Shown: positions 9,466-17,519 of the stretch, piece after piece
How the letters are laid out: every line of letters begins with the position of its first letter
Numbering within the stretch: the stretch's first letter is position 1
IMG/VR virus record: IMGVR_UViG_3300039008_000325
Span: 1-49,371 of that record
DNA: 49,371 nt
Source: a virus
Lineage: Duplodnaviria > Heunggongvirae > Uroviricota > Caudoviricetes
Direction: 5' to 3' (one strand)
Notes under the pieces: generated by a model
The model's input: only the letters and a program-made list of their open reading frames with translations
Databases searched by the model: none
What the model was told of the DNA's origin: nothing
Translations under genes and position numbers: made by a program

Positions 9466-10443
9466 TTATTTAAGATTTCTTCCAGCACTTAATACTGATG
9501 TTGCAACAATACCATCACTATGAATAGATTCTTGATTATTAACAACTATTACATAATCATTAATAGATTTATCTAAACTTTCGTTTAATTGTTCAGCAAT
9601 TCTTCTTGAAATATCTTCAACAAATGCTGGTCCACCACCTGTTTCTACAAAACAACCTTCATCATCAAAGTAACCACCCATATAAGATCTTTCAGTTACA
9701 TATTTTTCATCAGGTCTTTTTAAGATTGCAAATGTTGGTGATGAAGCACCACCTTGAGCTATTTCAACAAGATCTTCAATCCACATTGTATCATTAGAAT
9801 CAGTTAATTCAACTGTAATATCAATCATAGATTTTTGATTGTGTGCACCAAAACCAGATCTAATTATTTTATCATATAGTGATTTCTCATTTTCATCACC
9901 AATTCTTAAATTATTTAATCTATATGCTTCAGCTTCAGATATATTATTTTCTAATAAACTCATTTCTTTAGAACAAGGACATAAACTCATTTCTACTGTT
10001 TTAACAGTTAAATAATGTTTAACAATACCTTTTAACATTTTAGTTTCTAATACTACTTGAACAGGTTCATAAGAAGGTATTTTTGTCATTGGTGAATAAC
10101 CTTTGATTAAATAATCAAATTCAGTCTTAACATAAATATCATCTACACCATGTGCTTTATTAAGTTCTTCAGTAAATCTAGTAAGATCTCTAAAACCATC
10201 ACCCATTGATTCTTCATCAACAACTCTATGTAAAGTTCTTGCGATTCTAGACATATTAATACCTTTTGTATTAGCATCTAGAGAACAATATGAACTAATT
10301 GTAGCTGTAACAGTTTGAACATTCTCACCATTTCTTTCTTGTATTTTTAAAGGAAGTTTATTTCCTCTAACACCTACTTTTTCAATAGCTATTTTTGGAA
10401 AACCTTTTGTTTCCTTTTGCATATCTGGTAATTCTCTACTCAT
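9466..10443 (-). CDS. folE2: GTP cyclohydrolase IB (FolE2/MptA type)
   Basis: IEKVGV, KGINMSR, SLCPCSKE, AHNQKS, EKYVTE, FVEDISR, NQESIH. Confidence 0.93.
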   Translation of the reverse strand: MSRELPDMQKETKGFPKIAIEKVGVRGNKLPLKIQERNGENVQTVTATISSYCSLDANTKGINMSRIARTLHRVVDEESMGDGFRDLTRFTEELNKAHGVDDIYVKTEFDYLIKGYSPMTKIPSYEPVQVVLETKMLKGIVKHYLTVKTVEMSLCPCSKEMSLLENNISEAEAYRLNNLRIGDENEKSLYDKIIRSGFGAHNQKSMIDITVELTDSNDTMWIEDLVEIAQGGASSPTFAILKRPDEKYVTERSYMGGYFDDEGCFVETGGGPAFVEDISRRIAEQLNESLDKSINDYVIVVNNQESIHSDGIVATSVLSAGRNLK

Positions 10444-10487
10444 TTATTTTCCCTTTTATTAATATTAATTAATGTTTCATTGATACT

Positions 10488-10515
10488 ATTATATAGAATA
10501 ATGACACTAATTCAA
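10488..10515 (-). promoter_or_regulatory. promoter TTGAAT-N16-TATAAT upstream of folE2
   Basis: Hexamers read directly. Confidence 0.6.
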
Positions 10516-10517
10516 TA

Positions 10518-10694
10518 TTACTTTATTTCTTTCATTTCTCTTAATTTACCAAGAACATGAGTACAACGATCGATACAGATATCACAAACAGCACCTTGAG
10601 GAGCATCACCAATTAAATGTTCTACTTCTGATTTCTTTCTTCCACAAATTAAGCAAAATGCTTCTACTTCTGGTAATTCTAATATTTTACCCAT
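10518..10694 (-). CDS. stand-alone ClpX-type C4 zinc-binding domain protein (58 aa, not in ORF track)
   Basis: MGKILELPEVEAFCLICGRKKSEVEHLIGDAPQGAVCDICIDRCTHVLGKLREMKEIK matches the ClpX ZBD pattern CxxCG...EV..LI......ICxxCI..C; SD AAGGGG. Confidence 0.8.
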   Translation of the reverse strand: MGKILELPEVEAFCLICGRKKSEVEHLIGDAPQGAVCDICIDRCTHVLGKLREMKEIK

Positions 10695-10706
10695 GTTCTT
10701 TCCCCT

Positions 10707-11630
10707 TTATTGTCTCATAGTTTTTTCAGATACTGTAAATACATCTGTAAAAGAAGCTTTACCTAGTAATGATAAGTCATTACATCTAACTGGATTAATA
10801 TCTAATCCACCTCTTCTAGTGTATAAACAAGCTACTAATAATCTATCTGGTTTTAATAAATCAAATAATCTTTTGTAAATACATTCACAAATTTCTTCAT
10901 GGAAATGATTTTCCTTTCTCATAGAAACAATATATTTCATTAATGATTCTGGCGTTACAGTTTTATCACCATCAATAATAATATACACATCACCCCAATC
11001 AGGTTGATTAGTAACTCTACAATTTGATCTTAAAGCATTTGATGTAATTTGTTTAATATCAAAATTATCAACTACTTCTAAAATATTAGGATCTTCATTA
11101 TATTCATCAAAATCTATTGAAGTTACATCTATAATATTTTCAAGTTTAATAAACTCTATACCATCAAAGTTATTAATAACATTATTATCAAAATGTAAGT
11201 GAACTCTAACTGAACCACCAACTGTTTCTTTTAAATCATTTGTAATTCTTGTAATTACTTTACCTTTACATTCATCAACAGTTTTACCTATTTTTTCCAT
11301 ATTAAATGAATTTAAGTAAAGTTTCATAGATTTAGATTCTACAATATTTTTTGAATCAGATGGATAAGACCATTTCAATACACCTGTAATTGGAAATCCA
11401 TTTTCTAATAAACAAGAAAATTCATATGCATTCCAAGTATCAATACCATAAAAAGGTAAATTATCTTCTTCAATTCCATATTGAGTTCTATTTAATTCTC
11501 TAGGAACACCAACTAATAATGTTGAATCAATATGATCTGGTGTTTCATATGGTTTAACAACTGAACCATCTCCTGCACGACCAAGGTGTACACTTGCAAT
11601 ACTTTCAATTTCTTTTTTAATATTTGTCAT
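10707..11630 (-). CDS. queF: 7-cyano-7-deazaguanine reductase (bimodular, E. coli-type QueF)
   Basis: VPRELNR, DTWNAYEFS, IVESKSMKLYLNSFN, RSNCRVTNQPDWG (catalytic Cys/Asp), NHFHEEICE, YTRRGGLDINP. Confidence 0.93.
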   Translation of the reverse strand: MTNIKKEIESIASVHLGRAGDGSVVKPYETPDHIDSTLLVGVPRELNRTQYGIEEDNLPFYGIDTWNAYEFSCLLENGFPITGVLKWSYPSDSKNIVESKSMKLYLNSFNMEKIGKTVDECKGKVITRITNDLKETVGGSVRVHLHFDNNVINNFDGIEFIKLENIIDVTSIDFDEYNEDPNILEVVDNFDIKQITSNALRSNCRVTNQPDWGDVYIIIDGDKTVTPESLMKYIVSMRKENHFHEEICECIYKRLFDLLKPDRLLVACLYTRRGGLDINPVRCNDLSLLGKASFTDVFTVSEKTMRQ

Positions 11631-12192
11631 TATATCTCATTCCTTTTATATAACCTTTTTGTTCAAATTCTGATAAGTTATCAGAATTAATTCTTTTTCT
11701 TTCACCTTGTTTATTTACCACCCATATCTTATTTTTAGTAGCTTTAGATGAAATTTTTCTTCGTTCTTCTTTAGATAAACCATGAAAACCTATTTTATTA
11801 TCACGACACATTAAACCTGCAGCTCTACGATCATAATCTTCTGAGAAAATTCCCAATTTATTATTTTTTGTTGTTCGACCACCTTTTCTACCATTTTCAG
11901 CTTTTTCTTGTGAAGTAAATTTATGAAAACCTTTCTTTTCTCTATAACATTTCTCACCAGATTTTCGTTTTAATTCTAGATATTCATCTACAGGGATTTC
12001 TAATCGTGTTGATATTATTGAAGCTGCAGCATAATCTCCTTGTGACTTATGAATTTTATAATGTTCTTCAATAGTTACAAGTTGTAAATTATCGGGTTCA
12101 TTATTATCACGATTACCATCAATATGATGTATTTCCATACCTTCTGGTATTTCACGATTATTATATTTTTCCCATATTTGTCTGTAGTGCAT
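11617..12192 (-). mobile_element. free-standing HNH homing endonuclease gene
   Basis: EIHHIDGNRDNNEPDNLQLVTIEEHYKIH; C-terminal repeated GFH/GIF basic DNA-binding motifs; own T4-type late promoter. Confidence 0.85.
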
Positions 12193-12225
12193 AATTATAT
12201 TCCTTTCTATTATAAGTTATATAAT

Positions 12226-12233
12226 TATTTATA
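12226..12233 (-). promoter_or_regulatory. T4-type late promoter TATAAATA
   Basis: Exact match about 35 nt upstream of the HNH start. Confidence 0.75.
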
Positions 12234-12258
12234 ATTTACCTACGTGACCCATCTTTAC

Positions 12259-12789
12259 CTAAGTGTGATTAACTATCTCCCTTATTTGTTTAATTCTATC
12301 TTCAACTGAACCTGTAATATAATGAACTTTAATATTAAAATTTTCAATATAACTATCAAATAGTTTTTCTATATCTTTTTGAAAGTCTTTATTAGTACTT
12401 CTAACATTATCATCAACAATTTCAAATTCTGGTTTCAAATAAAACATATAATCATATAATTTATATGTATTTAAAAATATATCAAATGCTGTTTTAAAAA
12501 CATCTACACTGATTTGATTTTTCATATATAAATAGTGTGTGTAAACAATACCATCTAATGAACATCTATCTAATACACATTTTTCATGTTTAGTATTATC
12601 TAAATGAGCATCCATAATTCTTTGTTGTGTTTCATCACCACCAGCTTCATTTATATCAAAACCTTGTCTTTGTAATTTTCTAGTAATTTCTTCTTCGAAA
12701 ACAAAATCATTAAATTTTTCCATAGTTTTTAATTCATTTAATAATGTTGTTTTACCAGTAGAATGTGTACCTGTGAAAGTTAATTTCAT
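12259..12789 (-). CDS. P-loop nucleotide kinase-like protein (AAA_28 / thymidylate-kinase-like)
   Basis: FTGTHSTGKTT, LDRCSLD, YDYMFYL, DDNVR; probable start MKLTF at 12789. Confidence 0.8.
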   Translation of the reverse strand: MKLTFTGTHSTGKTTLLNELKTMEKFNDFVFEEEITRKLQRQGFDINEAGGDETQQRIMDAHLDNTKHEKCVLDRCSLDGIVYTHYLYMKNQISVDVFKTAFDIFLNTYKLYDYMFYLKPEFEIVDDNVRSTNKDFQKDIEKLFDSYIENFNIKVHYITGSVEDRIKQIREIVNHT

Positions 12790-12791
12790 TC

Positions 12792-13241
12792 CTACCCCCA
12801 TAATGTTTGTTTTTTAGTTTCAATATCAAAAATATAATCATAAGTATTAAACTCATTTAACTCTTTTTTATATTCAAACTTATCTTTAAATAATTTATAC
12901 CCGTCAGAATTTTCTTCAGATACAAAATAGAAATTAACATTATTAAATTTAGCTTCTTGATAACAAAGCTCTAATAATTCTTTACCTAAACCTTTACCTC
13001 TATGTGAATCACAAACATGTAAATAATATACTTTCAATTTATCTTTATATTTCTCATCAATAGTGTAAGCTACAAAACCTATTATTTTACCATCTTTTTC
13101 AATAATTGTTGGTTCAAACTTTTCCCAATAACCTCTATCTTCCCATAATGTTAAAAATGTTAACAAAATTGGATCAGTTATATGCTCATTTACATAAGCA
13201 TATAACTTTTCTTTATCTGAAGTTTTTCTAAAACATATCAT
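12792..13241 (-). CDS. GNAT-family N-acetyltransferase
   Basis: IIGFVAY, YLHVCDSHRGKGLGKELL (acetyl-CoA motif A), NSDGYKLF. Confidence 0.88.
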   Translation of the reverse strand: MICFRKTSDKEKLYAYVNEHITDPILLTFLTLWEDRGYWEKFEPTIIEKDGKIIGFVAYTIDEKYKDKLKVYYLHVCDSHRGKGLGKELLELCYQEAKFNNVNFYFVSEENSDGYKLFKDKFEYKKELNEFNTYDYIFDIETKKQTLWG

Positions 13242-14062
13242 TATTTTAACCCTTCTCTAAATTGAGTCGTGTTATAATTTATAAGCTCTTTTTGTTCTTC
13301 AGTCAATTTAAGATTAATTAAATCACAAACCTTAATAGTTGGTTTTGAATCAATACCATTAATTCCATCATATTTAATATCTTTAATACCTGCAATTACT
13401 GGATTAGAAGTGTCTAATGACTCAACATTACTGTTTTCATATAACTCTTTATTTTCAGTAAACTCTTTATAAAAAGAACAACCTAATAAATGATGTGGTT
13501 TATCAAAATTCCAAACTCCATCATTTTGTAATTTTTTAATTAATCTAGGTCTACCTCTATAGAATTGAGCTAATTTATCTTCATTATAAGATTCAGCTTC
13601 TTTACCAATCTCAGAATCATCTTCTTCAAAACATTTTGTATTATAAGATATAGCTATTTTATCAGCATGTTTTGACATAAATTCATAACATCTCTTAAAA
13701 TCTTCATATGTTTCACCTTGAACAACACCAATTCTAATACCTTCTAAATCACTATAATTTTCAACAAAGTTTTTCCAATTATTAATAGTTGCATCAGCAT
13801 CATCTAATACATCTGGAATAATATATTGAGTTGGTTTAGTTTCTCTAACAGCTTGAGCAAATAATTCAGCATCAAAAGCTTCTTCTAATTCAAATATAGA
13901 ATTATCTAATAATACATTTCTACCAGCTTTTACAGCATCAATATAATATTGTTTATATTCAGGAACTTCATCATAAAGGTGAACTAAACCATAATCATAA
14001 TCATTAAATTGTTTAGAATCTTCTAATAGTTCTAGTGGACATTCGTGTGATATTTGTATCAT
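13241..14062 (-). CDS. TGT-fold transglycosylase-like protein (DpdA-like)
   Basis: LLDNSIFE (cf. TGT DSGGF), IIPDV, IGVVQG, KPHHLLG, SLDTS; no TGT zinc-site CxCxxC seen; lies in a que cluster. Confidence 0.75.
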   Translation of the reverse strand: MIQISHECPLELLEDSKQFNDYDYGLVHLYDEVPEYKQYYIDAVKAGRNVLLDNSIFELEEAFDAELFAQAVRETKPTQYIIPDVLDDADATINNWKNFVENYSDLEGIRIGVVQGETYEDFKRCYEFMSKHADKIAISYNTKCFEEDDSEIGKEAESYNEDKLAQFYRGRPRLIKKLQNDGVWNFDKPHHLLGCSFYKEFTENKELYENSNVESLDTSNPVIAGIKDIKYDGINGIDSKPTIKVCDLINLKLTEEQKELINYNTTQFREGLK

Positions 14063-14071
14063 ATTTCTCTC

Positions 14072-14545
14072 CTACTTTTTATCAGAACTTCCAAATCCGT
14101 TTTCACCTCTAACTGAACAATCTTCATATTGTTTCCAATCAGCTTCATTCATATCAAACATTTGAATTACTGGTATTTTATGTGTTTTAACTTGCACACA
14201 TCCTTTACCTTTTTCAATAGTAACATCTTTATCACCAAGATTAAATACTTTGACACCTAAAGGTCCAGTATAACCGTGATCAATAATACCAGGATGCACT
14301 CTTAGATTTTTACCAATACCCATTCCAGATCTTGTAGCAAATTCTAAATACCAACCTTCTGGAATAGCAATTTTTAAACCTACCTCAACCATAGCTGAAC
14401 CACCAGCTGGTATTACAGTATCTTCGATTGCTTTAAGATCGAAACATGCACTTGTTCCTTCATAAGCTACTTCGATATCATAAGCTCTTTCATCAGTTTT
14501 AAACACACCTAATTCAAGGTCAATTTTTTGTACAAATTCTTCCAT
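14072..14545 (-). CDS. dut: trimeric dUTPase
   Basis: SACFDL, ATRSGMG, GIIDHGYTG, RGENGFGSS. Confidence 0.92.
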   Translation of the reverse strand: MEEFVQKIDLELGVFKTDERAYDIEVAYEGTSACFDLKAIEDTVIPAGGSAMVEVGLKIAIPEGWYLEFATRSGMGIGKNLRVHPGIIDHGYTGPLGVKVFNLGDKDVTIEKGKGCVQVKTHKIPVIQMFDMNEADWKQYEDCSVRGENGFGSSDKK

Positions 14546-14557
14546 AAACTCTCTCCT

Positions 14558-15040
14558 CTATCTTATGTTTTGAAATTTATTATTTAAGCCATTATATAGC
14601 ATAAAGTTTTGTTCTTTTAATATTCTATCAAATATTTCTTCATCACCAGGAATCAATTTATCTGCTGGAATATCATATTTATCTTGCCAGAATGGAGTAC
14701 ATTCTTCATTTGGTTCTAATAATTCACCATCGAATTCATTAGTGTAATGAAAATCAACTACCCAATTCTTAGCATTTTCGTTTTCATAATATAACTTACC
14801 AATATCCTGTAATCCAGGAGGTATTATTATACCTGTTTCTTCTCTAACTTCTCTCATACTTGTGTGATAGATATCTTCATCTTCTGGGTCCATTTTACCA
14901 CCTGGACAATTCCAAGTATCTTTAAACTTACCTCTATGGTGCTCAATAAATAGAAATTCATTATCTCTTTCTACAACACAAACAGTTGCTCTGATGAATT
15001 CTTTACCATCAAATACTTCTACTTCATACTCTTTTTGCAT
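14558..15040 (-). CDS. Nudix hydrolase (MutT-like)
   Basis: Nudix box PGGKMDPEDEDIYHTSMREVREETGI. Confidence 0.9.
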   Translation of the reverse strand: MQKEYEVEVFDGKEFIRATVCVVERDNEFLFIEHHRGKFKDTWNCPGGKMDPEDEDIYHTSMREVREETGIIIPPGLQDIGKLYYENENAKNWVVDFHYTNEFDGELLEPNEECTPFWQDKYDIPADKLIPGDEEIFDRILKEQNFMLYNGLNNKFQNIR

Positions 15041-15050
15041 AATTCTCCCC

Positions 15051-15167
15051 TTAAGCTCTATTATGTTCTATTTGAAATCTATAGTGATCTACATTTGAAT
15101 AGTAGTCAACAGCACCATAAATAGTAAATAGTGTTATTATCTGAACTATTATCCAAATAGTTTTCAT
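15051..15167 (-). CDS. small membrane protein (38 aa, not in track)
   Basis: MKTIWIIVQIITLFTIYGAVDYYSNVDHYRFQIEHNRA. Confidence 0.5.
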   Translation of the reverse strand: MKTIWIIVQIITLFTIYGAVDYYSNVDHYRFQIEHNRA

Positions 15168-15183
15168 TACCAATCTTTTCATA

Positions 15184-15792
15184 TTATAATCCAAAATACG
15201 GGTTATTTTTAGTTTCAAATGTATTAATTACAATCATATCACCAAAACCTTCTTCACCAAATATATTAAATAATACGTTTGCATCTAATTTAACACTATC
15301 TTTGAATTTAGTAGATGAAATATTATGATTACCATCTACAAATAATGGTGATAACATATTTCTAAATAAATATAATTTATAGTTATCATACATTATACAA
15401 GCAAATGATCCATCAAAGTTATTAACATTTTCAAAAGATTCTAACATAGAATTATGTATATGATCTGTATCCCAATCTTCTTTAACCGTTTCCATATATT
15501 CATCTTTTAATATACCATTATGCCATAATAAAGATCTACCTATTTGATTAGGATGTACTTTTGAACTACCTGATGTTGGAGCTTGAACATGCCCAACATA
15601 GAAGTATTCTTCATTTTCTCTTAATGAAGGTATTTTATTTTCATTAAATAAACCATCACCTTCAAGTCTAACTTTTGGTGTTAGCTCTTTATCAAATATA
15701 GTAATGGAATATTTACTATTACCTCTATATTGATTTAATTTAGCTAATTCTATAAATTTATCTTTATTTCGACTTGCAAATATTCCACACAT
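15184..15792 (-). CDS. class II (Ntn) glutamine amidotransferase domain protein
   Basis: N-terminal MCGIF, YRG, GHVQAPT, VHP, LWHNGIL, WDT, DGSFA, LFRN. Confidence 0.88.
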   Translation of the reverse strand: MCGIFASRNKDKFIELAKLNQYRGNSKYSITIFDKELTPKVRLEGDGLFNENKIPSLRENEEYFYVGHVQAPTSGSSKVHPNQIGRSLLWHNGILKDEYMETVKEDWDTDHIHNSMLESFENVNNFDGSFACIMYDNYKLYLFRNMLSPLFVDGNHNISSTKFKDSVKLDANVLFNIFGEEGFGDMIVINTFETKNNPYFGL

Positions 15793-15796
15793 AATT

Positions 15797-15964
15797 CTAA
15801 TCCTTCATTGTTAATAATATAGCAAACCATGCCATTAATAATACTGCAATAGCAATTACCCAACCAATCCAAAGTGGACATAATACCCAAATCCATGACC
15901 AGTTAATTACTTTAGTTAATTTCAATACTATAAAAGCTACTGCTAATAATGATGAAAATTTCAT
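15797..15964 (-). CDS. small two-helix membrane protein (55 aa, not in track)
   Basis: LAVAFIVLKLTKVINWSWIWVLCPLWI, a common phage membrane-protein pattern; strong SD. Confidence 0.75.
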   Translation of the reverse strand: MKFSSLLAVAFIVLKLTKVINWSWIWVLCPLWIGWVIAIAVLLMAWFAILLTMKD

Positions 15965-15974
15965 TTCCCCTCTC

Positions 15975-16349
15975 CTATAATTTATTTGTTGTTACTAGTA
16001 TATCACCTTTTAATTGTGATTTCAGTGTTTGTTTTCTAGATATTTCTTCTTCATAGCAACTTATATAATATTTTACATGATTTAAAGACCATTCATTCCA
16101 ACCACCTAAATCATAAAGTGTTGTAATTGATTTAATTTTCTTTTCAAGTTTATCACGTTTAACTTCTTCTTCAGCAATATCTTTATTAATATCTTCTATT
16201 TCACTATCAAGTGATTCAATTTTCATTTTGATATAGGAATCAAATGCTTCTACAGCACTTGCTCTATCAAAACTTGTAACTTCAAATAATAATGTAGATG
16301 AATCTTCTACATAAAAATAAAATGTGTCTCCACTTTTAATATGTTTCAT
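15975..16349 (-). CDS. hypothetical coiled-coil protein
   Basis: 124-aa ORF with AGGAGAGG SD. Confidence 0.75.
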   Translation of the reverse strand: MKHIKSGDTFYFYVEDSSTLLFEVTSFDRASAVEAFDSYIKMKIESLDSEIEDINKDIAEEEVKRDKLEKKIKSITTLYDLGGWNEWSLNHVKYYISCYEEEISRKQTLKSQLKGDILVTTNKL

Positions 16350-16372
16350 AATGACCTCTCCTTAATAAAAAA

Positions 16373-16513
16373 TGTACCTGTGAGTCAACTTGTTTCCGAT
16401 GTTTCTCCTCGCCATTGACTCACTTATCTTAGCATATATGCTCTTCATCTAAGATCCTTTAACTTACTACTTGGGTGAGCAGACTCCCTCAAAGTCCTTC
16501 CATGCAGGGTACA
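16373..16513 (-). ncRNA. candidate structured non-coding RNA between queC and the next gene
   Basis: GC-enriched intergenic stretch; closing stem UGUAC-C-CUG/CAGGUACA plus GGACUU/GAGUCU, AUCUUAG/CUAAGAU and GUGAGUCAA/UUGACUCAC stems; family not recognised. Confidence 0.55.
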
Positions 16514-16530
16514 ACTACATAAAGCTTTTA

Positions 16531-17262
16531 TTAGACTTTCCAGTCTATCTCTATACTATATTTTGCAGTATCTTTTGTTTTTGCTTTCATAAAATTCATT
16601 ATTCTTTCAGCACAACTAGGACACTTTCCACAACTTTCACCTTCTTCATTAGGATTATAACAAGTTAATGTCAAACTATAATCTACTCCTAATTCATTTC
16701 CAATTTCAATTTCATCAGCTTTAGACATATGTTTAAAAGGTGCTTCTAAAGTAATATCATGCATTCTATTTAATCCAGAAACTACATTCATATTAGTTAA
16801 GAAGTCTTCGGTACAATCCCAATATCCATATGAATCATGAACTTGTAATCCTGTAAATACATGAGCACAATTATTTGCTTGAGCAAATGAGAATGCAATA
16901 CTATTTAATATCATATTTCTATATGGTACTTCTGTAACCGGTTGTGGATCACCTAACACTTCTTCAATAGTTGGCATTTCAACATCTGTACCAGATATAT
17001 TTGCACAAACATTTTTAACTACATCTCCTAAGAAACTAATATCAATTAATCTGTGTTGAATACCTAGCTTATCACAAGTCTTCTTTGCTAATTCCAATTC
17101 TATTGATTGTTTTTGCCCATAAAAATATGATAATGCAATTACATTGTCTTTACCATATTTGTTTGCTAATAAATAAGTTAAAATTGTGCTATCTAAACCA
17201 CCAGATAAAACACTTACTACTTTTTTACCTTCTGCTAATACAGGTAATGATACTTTTTCCAT
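16531..17262 (-). CDS. queC: 7-cyano-7-deazaguanine synthase
   Basis: SVLSGGLDS, YGQK..IEL, VPYRNMI, YWDC, TLTCY, CGKCPSCAER; probable start MEKVS at 17262. Confidence 0.95.
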   Translation of the reverse strand: MEKVSLPVLAEGKKVVSVLSGGLDSTILTYLLANKYGKDNVIALSYFYGQKQSIELELAKKTCDKLGIQHRLIDISFLGDVVKNVCANISGTDVEMPTIEEVLGDPQPVTEVPYRNMILNSIAFSFAQANNCAHVFTGLQVHDSYGYWDCTEDFLTNMNVVSGLNRMHDITLEAPFKHMSKADEIEIGNELGVDYSLTLTCYNPNEEGESCGKCPSCAERIMNFMKAKTKDTAKYSIEIDWKV

Positions 17263-17287
17263 ATCCCTCTCCTCTTTATTTTTCACT

Positions 17288-17315
17288 ATTATAATAAAAA
17301 ATAATGTAATTTCAA
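17288..17315 (-). promoter_or_regulatory. promoter TTGAAA-N16-TATAAT upstream of queC
   Basis: Hexamers read directly. Confidence 0.6.
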
Positions 17316-17322
17316 CATTACA

Positions 17323-17511
17323 TTATTTTGATAATTGAATTATTGCTTCAAGATCAGCAATCTTTTCATCTTTAGTTGCTACCAATTGTTTAAGTCCAAT
17401 TTGAGCTTCTAAAGCATTGATTTGACCATCTTTGAACATATTTTCTTCTTTAAGTTTTTCGTTTTCTTCTTTTAGTTGTTTATTTTCTTCTCTTAAATTA
17501 TTATAAAACAT
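17323..17511 (-). CDS. small coiled-coil protein
   Basis: LREENKQLKEENEKLKEEN heptads. Confidence 0.7.
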   Translation of the reverse strand: MFYNNLREENKQLKEENEKLKEENMFKDGQINALEAQIGLKQLVATKDEKIADLEAIIQLSK

Positions 17512-17519
17512 TTTACCTC

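Noticed and set aside
11617-12258. Group I intron around the HNH gene
   Set aside because: Flanking kinase and queF ORFs are intact and there is no room for intron core structure
13241-14062. Canonical tRNA-guanine transglycosylase for queuosine tRNA
   Set aside because: Too short, no zinc-binding CxCxxC motif, and no queA/queG/queH in the window; a DNA- or nucleotide-directed role fits better
16373-16513. Known preQ1 riboswitch or IscB/HEARO omega-RNA
   Set aside because: It lies downstream of queC and lacks recognisable preQ1 consensus; resemblance to HEARO is limited to short words and the expected pseudoknot pairing is absent
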